Assembly (NCBI RefSeq): GCF_963921235.1 | Contig: NC_086106.1 | Coordinates: 21,483,001-21,516,000, forward strand | Reading direction: 5' to 3' | From: Mobula hypostoma | Lineage: Eukaryota | DNA length: 33,000 nucleotides | Shown here: positions 23,075-33,000 of the stretch, one piece after another | Layout of the letters: every line of letters begins with the position of its first letter | Numbering within the stretch: position 1 is the stretch's first letter | Position numbers and translations under genes: made by a program | Notes under the pieces: generated by a model | The model's database searches: none | Told to the model about the DNA's origin: nothing | The model's input: the letters and a program-made list of their open reading frames with translations, nothing else

Positions 23075-24107
23075 ATCCCGGAACAGAGGTAAGCCTTCTT
23101 AATGTTCCGCAGGAAATAAAGGTTTTTCTTTGATTAGCCGGTAATTTACCTGCTTTGTCTCCGTGGATATTAAATTGACTCTTATCTTTTAGAAGTTGAG
23201 TTTCAATTAGATATGGTAAAAGAAGACCATATTTAGTTTCTTTTTCAAACCTCCTTTTATATACAGCAGGTTCTGGAGTCAAGGCACACTTTTCATCTAA
23301 TTGTTTCATCTAATTAGCTAGTTCAATTCTGTCTTTATTAGTTTTTGGTCTCTTAACATTTGTAGTGTAAGAAATAATGTGTCCTCTGACTTAAGCCTTA
23401 AAGGCATTTCATATACTAAGTCTAGAAGTCTCTTCCCGCGTATTCTCTTCAAAAGTGTAATTTGTCCCACCCAAAAAAAAAAAAAAATCCTTATCTGGTA
23501 AGAAAGTTGGATAAAAACACCAAACTCTGTTTATTTGAGGGAGGACATGATGATTTAAAAATAAAAACACAGGAGCATGATGAGACTGCTATCTTTCTAT
23601 AGCGGCTTTACTTCCTGAGAAAGCTAAAGAAATTTGGCCTGTCTCCTGAAACCTTCACTATTTTTTATAGATGCACCGTAGAAAGCATTCTTATAGGGTG
23701 CATCACAACCTGGCATGGAAGTTGTCCTGTCCAAGACCGGAAGATGCTGCAGAAGATCGTGAGCACATCACAGAAACCAATCTTCCGTGCTTGGACGCAC
23801 TTTACACCGCACGCTATGGGAGCAGTGCTTCTAGGATAATCAAGGACACGCCCCATCCAGCCAAAACACTTTTCCTCCATATTCCCTCCGGGAGAAAGCT
23901 CAGGAGCTTGAAGGTTTGGGAACAGTTTCTTTCCTACTGTGATAAGAATACTGAACGGATCCTGACCAGGGTCTGGGCTGTTCTCTCCGAATATCCGGAA
24001 CTGCCTCTCGTTTTATTTTATTCATTATTTTTATTTTTTTTATTTATTTATTTTTTTTTTGCATTACCCTACGTTCCCTATTATATTTTCTGTTCATGAT
24101 TTATAAT

Positions 24108-24138
<31 letters not shown>

Positions 24139-25050
24139 TTAGCTTTTTACTTTTTACAATCAATCGATTTGTAGTCCAGGGAGCAAGAAGCGCAGAATCA
24201 AATATCGCTGTCATGATTTTAAGCTCTAGTATCAAATACTCGGCAACAATAAGGTGAAGTAAAGTAAAGTATTCACAGGATCAAACTAATGAATCATTTG
24301 ACTATTAATAATAATAATTAAAAAAGAAAACCAGTCCTGGAATACGATCTAAAACTGGGTCTAAGCAACAGTCAAAATCTCCGCCCAAAACTGGTGAGTA
24401 AAGATTTAAATCAGGCAAAATTGAAATAAAAAAGTCGCTCAAAGAATCCTGGATCGTCCCTATTCGGCGCATATAAGTTAACAGACACCATTAATTTATT
24501 ACCTAAATTTCCTGATACTATAACAAAACGCCCGTTGGTACCAGACACTACCTTATGGTGAACAAAATAAACAGCATTATCAATAAAATTCGAAACTCCC
24601 TGGACTTATTCTGAAAGGAGGAATTAAATTTAAGTCCTTTCCAACGACTGAAGTGGCGTAAATTGTTATTTTTACGAACATGAATTTCTTGTAAAAAAAT
24701 AATTGGGATCTGATATTTTTTTTACATATACAGTTCAATATCTTACTAAATTTCACGGTGTTGTTTAATCCTTTCATGTTAACTCCTTTCATCCTTTCTT
24801 CTATCCAAACAATAACTTTTGAAAAAGGGAAACCAGGCAACCCACGTTGCCAAGGGACCAAAACAGTTTACAGAAAAAAGGAACTCCTCAGAATCTTTAT
24901 ATATATATATGTTTCCGGAACATCTCCATAATAGATGCCAAAGTTGCAGGAGGGTTTTTTTTTTATTATTGTAGCTTTAGCACCTCTCATAATAACAATA
25001 TTACGTTTAAAAGTAAAATTTCAAAAAAAGGTTGGAATCAGCAAAGTAAC
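23075..25050 (-). mobile_element. L1-clade LINE fragment (ORF2 endonuclease and linker), interrupted by Rex1
   Basis: GVNMKGLNNTVKFSKIL (cf. SWNVKGLNNPVKRSKI) at about 24700-24790, and KYGLLLPYLIETQLLKDKSQFNIHGDKAGKL (fish L1 linker) at 23100-23300. Confidence 0.8.
23666..24272 (+). mobile_element. Rex1/Babar LINE 3' end with (ATTT)n and (GTAAA)n tail
   Basis: LYTAR..SSASRIIKDTPHPAKTLFLHIPSGRKLRSLK, ending aataaggtgaagtaaagtaaagt. Confidence 0.85.
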
Positions 25051-26289
25051 AATATAGGAGCAGCTCCAACAAGCTGTTACTGTATCAATAACCAGTAGGC
25101 GTCTGCACATGACAACTATCAACAGCAAATACTCTGCTGCACATCCCACATCACAGATGTCGTTCAATTAGAGAAGACAAGGTCAGCCAAAAAAAAAAAG
25201 GTAAACAAGCGTGATTTGCTAAATATGAAAATTCGTTGTTGTCTCTGGTGAGTAACAACTTTCCCACATAGAAGACGAGGTGTTGTTCCTCAGGCGTCTG
25301 TTGGAAACATTGTAACAGTGAATGATACCTGAACAGACAGAAAGTAAAACTAAAATTAAAATAACAGGTAGCGGTAAGCTTGAAGTCACTTCTATGTTTT
25401 GAGAGCAGTTACTCTGCATCGCTGTCATCAAATATCTTTATGTTTTCTGGCAAAGTCAAATGGACCGTGACGCTGTACAATGAGTTTAAGAAAAAAAAAC
25501 AAATGCATCCGCGTGATTACTTCCACGGGAAAATCTACTTGTGCCCCAGGTGGTGCAAACAGAAGAGGCAAACGTGTGGAATTACATCTCTAGTTCTCTT
25601 CCAGAAAGTTATGTACCTGGGGAATATCATTGCTAACAGTAATTCTTCGTACCTTCCGAATAATGCTTGATTTCCTTCGTGACCAAATATCAATTAATCA
25701 TGCAGGTGAATAAGTAACAAAGTGAAGAGAAAATGTGGATGATAAGCAGGTACAGGAAGTCCAGAGAGTGATCAATTCACGGGCTAAATGTTATGGAATC
25801 GGAAAACAAAGTACTTTGATGGCAGTGAATCAAACCCAGGGACAGCTGCGAGGCGATAATTTTATAGCCATAAAATTGGTGAATCTCCGAGACTCACAGA
25901 ACGATGGACCTTTCCAGTATTCGCAAATTCAAGAAGGAGCCCTTTGCTGCCAGTCAAATCGTCGGTTGCATTCTAATGTATTTTTCAAGCAAAGAAAGTG
26001 CTACATACTGGAAGACAGACAAGCTGCTGATTCAGCGGAAAGCAACTGCTAAACGTTTATCCATTCTCAACAGAACTGACAGACTACAGCGCAGCGGTAG
26101 AATGACACCGTTAACTCTCGCGTCGGTGTTAGAAGACATTTCCAGCAACTACTATAAACAAGATAATAAGTTCCTTTCCATGTGCGCCAATGATTCCACC
26201 AGGTTCTTCTTTTTTTCTGCCACAGTCCAGTTACTTACTGGTCTGTACCGAACATTGTAAACTATCTAGTAATTAGACTAGAGTGAAAT

Positions 26290-26985
26290 CTGTTGATCAA
26301 GGGTGCAAAGGACTTAGGAGGCTTCGTGCAAGGCGCCCAGAAGGTATATTTCCAGTTTGAGTCTGTGGCAAAGAAGGATAGTTCAATATTGGCATTTATT
26401 TTAAATAGAATAGAATAGAATAGGATAAACAAAACAGGGGGAAAATGCTGAGACTTGGTAAGACCTTCCTCAGGCCGCAGTTAGAGCGTTGTCAGCAGTT
26501 TTGGGAAGCATATCTTAGAAAGGAGGTGTCGCCCTTGGAGAGAGCCCAGAAGAGGTTCACGAATGAACTATGAGGAGCGTTTGGCAGCTCACTGGAATTC
26601 AGAAGAATGCGGAGGGATCTAATTGAAACCAGACATAGGGTGGACATGAGGACATAGGGTGGACATGGGTATGGTCGAACTATTCGGAACTAGCGAGCAC
26701 AACCATCAAAATTGAGAGCGAACATTTAGAACAAAAGTAAAGAGTGACAATTGAGGGCTGAGCATTGAGAACAAAGCTAATGCCACAGATTGCGGTGGAA
26801 GCCAATTGTATGTCAACATCTATGGCGGAAATTGATTGTTTCTGATCCCTCAGTGTCAAAGTATATCGCAAGAAGTCAGGTGTATGGAGTTGAGTGGGAT
26901 ACGGGATCAGCCATGATGTCTTAGCGGAGCAGACTCGATTGGCTGTGTGGCCTAATGTCGCTCCTATGTCTTATGGTTTTATGGT
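26290..26985 (+). mobile_element. Old CR1 3' fragment (paralogous insertion, copy 2)
   Basis: ggagagagcccagaagaggttcac...ggagcagactcgattggc, colinear with 7230-7870. Confidence 0.7.
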
Positions 26986-28911
26986 GGTTTATCGGGGTGG
27001 GCGGGGGGTGGGATGCAGTTAAGGTCTGTTTCACGGTTTTTTTTTCTATGTAAATAAATACCATGCACCGGTTGGGAAATTTTCAAGTTTCCAAGATAGT
27101 TTCCTTCTATCAAAGCCGTTATTCGAAAACAAGGATGCAGCATGAAATAACACTGGTACCGCAAGTATTCCGAAGCCCGCCAAGGAGTTAACTCTGCAGA
27201 GCAGATACTACAAGGAAATCGAAAGAAATTTGAGATTGTCTGAAGAATGAAATTAATGATTCGGAAAGAAAAAAATATCCAAACTCATTTTGAGAAAAGG
27301 TGAGTTGAGTAACACGGCGTTGTTTTTCTGTGTGTTCACCCAATTCACTTTCCCTGGGCTGATTCAAAGCAAACTGGCTTACATGCGGTGAACAATCAAG
27401 AATATCTCTATGAGGACTGGAAATATGAAAGAGCTCTGCGTTCCGTTTAATTCCCCAATGTCTTTCGCACCTCAGGTGGGACAGACATGCTGACAGTGAC
27501 TTACTCATTAAAAAAAACACAATTTCCACACATCACTGCGCGTATCTTGATCGTTTTAGGAAATGCAATTCGCCTTCATACCTGCCGCTTGCTTTAAGCA
27601 GCAGTTTGTGTATGTGCTCTCAATATTTCCAGCATTCGCAGGATTTATTCAGTATAGCTTCGTTCTTTGGAAAAGAACAAGACTTCATTAAGGTGCCTCA
27701 AGTAAATTAACCTCGATGAAATAGTGATCATATTATGATATAACTATATAAGTCAAATAAAGGTAACTAAAAGTATTTTCCAAACGTAAATTACATTCAG
27801 TGCTGTTGCGACGGTTGTTAAGTAAGATAATCCTCGATTTGGATCTTTGGAATGAGATGAATTTGATGAAGAACCTTTATATAAAGAAACTACTAGTCGT
27901 CAGTAATGACGATATCATAGCAAACACACATCAATTTGAGAGGGACAACCTGATATTGATGCACCTCCATCAGTAAATTTAACTACAATTGCATGGGTGC
28001 GGGGCATGCCAAGTTCAATCATAAGGAGATGGCGGTAGGGTAGCAATGGTTAAATAAGTAACAAGTACCAGAGACAAAGGAGAATCTTTGGCCTTCGTCA
28101 TGGAGCTGCACAGGGACATACCATCAAGTTGGGAGCACGGGTATTACAGAAGGAGGTGCCTGCATTCATGAAGATTAATTAGTTTTGTGCAAAAATTCTG
28201 ATGTTATATGGTTGCTGATGTTCATATCTAATAGTTATTTGCCGATGGTCAATGGCTTCGACGTATTGGAGAATGGGAGGGCGTAAATATTGTGACAGCA
28301 CTTAACCCCGCTGTGAAATTCTGTATGCTACTGAGGCTTAAATCCTTCACTGTTGGACGCAGTCTGTACCATGTCAAGTGCTCAGTAACAGAGAAATTCA
28401 GCCTCCTGGTGTAGTTGGCGAAGGCCAACAGGCATGGGATGCATGGGACATTGGAAGAGTGGATTCAACATTCCCCTTCTCTCCGAAGTTATGGTGCTGT
28501 ATTAGTTGGAAGTTATTATGCCCAGATTTCAGGAATTCGAGATGTTTTTGGCAACTGGTTCGAAACCCTCACTCTCTGCGACGTTAAACATTACTTTGTG
28601 ATTTGTGATTCGGTGCCATATGGCTGCGAGTTGAATGGCTAAGGATTTCTGGAGCGAAGGCATTTTGCTACTCGGGGTAGTAAAATGGGGTAGAGGCAGA
28701 TCTGCGCAGGCGCATGACGTCAGCCAGTGGAACTGGTCAAGTTTTAAAGAAGACGGCCATATCCAGCGGGCTGCGGAGTGAAAGTGTAGCAGACTGCTTG
28801 GCTCAGCGGGTTTAGGCGGTAAAGAGACGAGACGAGTTAAGTTTTCCTTTGTCAATTTCGGAAAGGCAGTATATGTGTGAGGCAGGTGCGCAGTGCTCAG
28901 TTTCAAATATG

Positions 28912-29552
28912 GAGGAGGAGAAGATGGCGGCGCGACGATATGTGTAATCTATCAAGCAGGGTGCCGTGCCCAATCCTGATTTGATGGAGACAGACGTGAG
29001 AGGACGAGGGAACATCGGCAGAAATTTGTGAAGAACATTTGTCGCTGTCGCTGCTAGTGTGTGATCCAGAATCTCAGGAGGAGAACGCCCCGAGCCTTCG
29101 GCTTTGCTTGTTGCTCGGCGGTCGGGACGAGTTCGAAGCGCTCGGAACAGATGGTGCTCAGTGCTCGGTGTCGGAGGGCTGGTCGGAGGCTCGAAGTTTT
29201 CGGACGGACTCGGAGTTAGCTGTGGTCGGGTGCTTCCAAGAAGTGAGTTTCTCCCTTCTGCTACCTGCTATTAGGGACTATCGGGACGCAATCGGAACAT
29301 TGAGACTTTTTTTATTTTTTATTTTTTTACCGTGTCCATGGTCTGCTCTTTATCAAATTATGGCATAGCTTTGCATTGCTGTAACTACATGTTGTAATTA
29401 TGTGGTCTTTCAGTGTTAGTCTTTGGTTTTCTTGCTTTTTTTTTGTGATACCACTCTGGAGGAACATTGTATGATTTCCTAATGCATGCATTACTAAATG
29501 ACAATAAACGAGGGCTGAGTGTCATCATAATCTAATCTAATCTAATCTAATG
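28912..29552 (+). mobile_element. About 640-bp non-autonomous retroelement with (CTAAT)n tail inserted in CR1 ORF1
   Basis: Splits ORF1 (..tgctcagtttcaaatatg | taggaaatcctgcagtct..). It has a GC-rich 5' half and ends aaatgacaataaacgagggctgagtgtcatcataatctaatctaatct. Confidence 0.75.
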
Positions 29553-31583
29553 TAGGAAATCCTGCAGTCTCCCAGCCTCCCATGCGACCATATCTGCACA
29601 ACAAGTGGCGAGTTGCAGCTCCTAAGGGACCGCGTTAAGGAAATGGAGTTGCAGCTCGATGATCTTCGTCTGATCAGGGAGAGCGAGGAGGTGATAGAAA
29701 GGAGATATAGACAGATGGTCACGACAGGCCACGGGAGACAGACAAGTGGATAACAGTCAGGAGAGGGAAGGGGAAGGGTCAGGTACTAAAGAGTACCCCT
29801 GTATCTGCCCCTCTGAACAATATGTACTCCTGTTTGAGTACTATTGCGGGGGCAGCCTATATGGGGGAAACCACAGTGGCCGTGCGTCTGGCACAGAGTC
29901 CGGCCCTGTGGCTCAGAAGGGCAGGGAAAGGAAGTGAAAGGCGGTAGTGAGAGGGGACTCTGCAGTTAAGAGGTCAAACAGGCGATTCTGTGGACCCAGG
30001 AAAGAACTTCGGATGGCACTTTCTCTCGCAGGTGCAAGGTCCGTGGTGTTTCGGATCGCTTCCAGGATATCCTGCAGTGGGAGAGAGCGCAGCCAGAGGT
30101 CATGGTACGTATTGGTCCCAATGACACAGGTAGGAAAGATGGAAAGGTCCTGAAATCAGACTGCAGGGAGTTAGGAAGGAAGTACAGAAGCAGGACTGCA
30201 AAGATAGTAATATCGGGATTACCGCCTATGCCGCGTGACAGTGGGTATAGGAATAGAATGAGGTGGAGAATAAATGCGTGGCCGAGGGAATGGAGCAGAG
30301 TTTAGGGATTCTGTTTTCTGGATTATTGGTAGCACTTTTGGGGCAGGTGTGATCTGTACGAGAAGGACAGTTTGCACTTGAATCCCAGGGGGATGGGAAC
30401 TGAAATGAACGGACTGCGGAAGAGGAGGTCGGCTCAAAGATAGAGAAAGATTGGAGATAGTGTGTGAGGGAAGATAGACTGGTAGCAGAGTGGGAACGCG
30501 CTCAGACCGACGGTTTGAGATGTGTCTAATTTAATGTACGGTGTATTGAGAACAAAGCTGAAGATCTTAGAGTATGGAACAGTACTTGGAGCTATGATGT
30601 GGTGGCCATTGCAGAGACTTGGATTGCTCAGGGACAGAAATGGTTACTTCAAGTACCGGGTTTAAGATGTTTCAGAAAGAACAGGGAGGGAGTTAAAAAA
30701 AGGTGTGGCGTGGCACTGTTGCTCAGAGATAGTGTCAAGGCTGAGGAAAAAGGAGAAAGTCATGGAGGGATGTCTACGGTGTCTCTGTGGGTGGAGGTTA
30801 GGCACAGAACTGGTTCAATGACTCTACTGGGTGCTTTTTGTAGGCCGCCTCATAGTAACAGCGAAATCGAGAAGTAGATAGGAAAATAGATCCTGGAAAG
30901 GAGTAATAGCAAAACAGAGTTTTCGTGGTGGGAGATTTTAATTTCCCGAATATCGATTGGTATCTCCCTAGAGCAAAGTGTTTAGATGGGGGAGAGTTTG
31001 TTAGGTGGGTTCAGGATGATTGCTTGACACAATATGTAGATAAGCCTACAAGAGGAGTGACTGTACTTGATTTGGTACTGGGAAATGAACGTGCTCATGT
31101 GTCAGATCTGTCAGTGTGAGAGCATTTTGGAGATAGTAATCATAATTTTATCCCCTTTACAATAACGTTGGAGAGCGATGGGAGCAGGTAGGTTAAAACA
31201 GCGTTTAACTGTTGTAAGCGGAATTATGAGGCTATCAGGTGGTTACTTGGAAACTTAAATTGGGAACAAACGTTCTCAGGCAAGGTACAACAGAAATGTA
31301 GCAAATATTCAGGTGATATTTGTCCGGAGTACTGCATAGGTAGTTTCCAAGGAGACAGAAGTTATGGTGGGATACAGGAACCGTGGTGTACAAGGGCTGT
31401 AGTAAATCTAGTCAAGAAGAAAACAAAATCCTACGAAAGTTTCAGGGAGCAAGGAACTCTTAGGGATTCGGAAGATTACTTGGCTGACAAAAAGGAGCTT
31501 AGGAAAGAAATTAAGAGAGCCAGAAGGGACCATGCGAAGGCCTTGGTGGCCAGGATTAAGGAAAACCCCAAGGCATTCTACAG

Positions 31584-31780
31584 GTATGTGAAGAACAAAA
31601 GGATAAGATGTGATCTAATAGAACCCTTCAGGTGGGAAAATGTGTATGCAACAGTAGCAAATAGCAGAGGTACTTAAGTATGTGAAGTATGTGAAGAACA
31701 AGAGGATAAGACGTGAACTAATAGAACCCTTCAGGTGGGAAAATGTGTATGCAGCAGTAGCAAATAGCAGAGGTACTTAA
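31584..31780 (+). repeat. 94-bp tandem duplication inside CR1 ORF2
   Basis: 31584-31677 and 31687-31780 are near identical, separated by a 9-nt partial repeat (gtatgtgaa). Confidence 0.9.
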
Positions 31781-33000
31781 TGAATCGTTTATTTCAGTAT
31801 TCATCATGGAAAAGTACCTTGGTGATTGTAGTGCTCACTTGCAGCGCACTGAAAAGCTTGAGCATGTGGATATTAAGAAAGAGGGTGTGCTGCTGATTTG
31901 GGAAAGCGTCAAGTTGGGTAAGACACCGGGAACGGATGAGATGTACCCCAGGCTATTGTGGGAGGAGAGAGAGGAGGTTGCGAGCCTGCGGCGATGTTCT
32001 TTGCATCATCAATGGGGACGGGAGAGGTTCCGGAAGATTGGAGGGTTGCTGATGTTGTTTCCTTATTCAAGAAGGGGAGTAGAGTTAGCCCAGTGAGTCT
32101 TATTTCACTGGTTAGTAAATTGATGGAAAAGTTCCTGAGAGGCAGGATCTATGAACATTAGGAGAAGTATAATATGATTAGGGATAGGCAGCATAGCTTT
32201 CTCAAGGGCAGATTGTGCCTTACGAGCCTGATTGATTTTTTTGAGAATGTGACTAAACACATAGATGAAGGAAGAGCAGTAGATGTAGTGTACATGGATT
32301 TTAGCAAGGCATATGATAAGTAGCCATGCAAGACTTATTGAGAAAGTAAGGAGGCATGGGATCCAAGCGGACATTGCTTTCTGGATCCAGAAATGGCTTG
32401 CCCACAGAAGTCAAAGAGTGGTTGTGGACGGGTCATATTCTGCATGGAGAACGCTGACCAGTGTTGTGTCTCAGGGATATGTTCTGGGGGCCTTAGTCTT
32501 CGTAATTTTCATAAATGACCTGGATGAGGAAGAGAAAGGTTTGGTTTAGAAAATTTGCTGATGACACAAAGGTTCGGTGTGCTGTAGGTAGTGTAGAGGA
32601 CGGTAAGGTGTTGCAGCGGGACATTGATAGGTTGCAAAACTGGACTGAAAAGTGGCAGATGGATTTCAACACAGATAAGTGTGAAGTGGTTCATTAGGTT
32701 TGGTCAAATATGATGGGAGAATATAGTGTTATTGGTAAGACTCGTGGCAGTGTGAAGGATGAGAAGGATCTATAGGATGCTCAATGCCGCTGTGCGAGTT
32801 GACGCTGTGGTTAAGAAGTCATACAGTGTATTGAACTTCATCAATCATGGATTTGAATTTCGGAGTCGAGAGGTAATGTTGCAGGTATATACGACCGTGT
32901 TCGGACCCCACTTGGAGTACTGTGCTCAGTTCTGGCCATCTCACTACAGGAAGGATGTGAAAACCATAGAAAGGGTGCGGAGGATATTTACAGGGGTGTT

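Larger units (their letters stand above)
17100..28600 (+). repeat. Diverged tandem segmental duplicate of about 900-12400
   Basis: Colinear shared blocks: 1930-4000/20830-22500, 5950-7870/25080-26985, 7950-9000/27200-28150 and 12050-12380/28250-28600 (e.g. ggacattggaagagtg at 12246 and 28445). The match of 950-1200 to 17190-17400 is tentative. Confidence 0.85.
28690..33000 (+). mobile_element. Near full-length CR1 LINE (5' UTR, ORF1, ORF2 EN + RT), degenerate, runs off the window
   Basis: ORF1 has a Cys-rich start, the coiled-coil segment ELQLLRDRVKEMELQLDDLRLIRESEE and SGNH-like motifs (GDS, IGPND, D.LHLN). ORF2 has VAIAETW, VGDFNFPNID, YMDFSKAYD, INDLD, FADDTK and RPHLEYC. Confidence 0.93.

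Noticed and set aside
25219-26260. ORFs of 70-118 aa suggesting an endogenous viral or membrane protein gene
   Set aside because: Reading frames are not conserved with the paralog at 6.1-7.2 kb, stops are frequent and no motif was recognised.

Overview
Eukaryotic, repeat-rich genomic DNA from a cartilaginous fish; the elasmobranch (probably batoid/ray) assignment is inferred from the CR1, Rex1 and SINE-like repeats and the antigen-receptor content. The ORF track misses the main signal. On the minus strand at about 13.3-16.35 kb there is a complete but decayed NAR-TCR-type cassette, in this order: leader exon, 147-nt intron, IgNAR-like V, D, J, then 1.4 kb further a leaderless TCR-delta-type 'supporting' V with a CDR1 cysteine and a 23-RSS. 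Both V exons carry one in-frame stop. The cassette sits between two diverged copies of a 16-19 kb tandem segmental duplication (about 0.9-12.4 kb and 17.1-28.6 kb), which suggests an array of such cassettes continuing beyond both window edges. The rest is retroelements: several CR1 LINEs (one near full length), two R4/Dong-like relics, L1, Rex1/Babar, RTE and Gypsy fragments, a solo-LTR-like element and microsatellites. All calls come from manual translation and motif recognition; no database searches were run.
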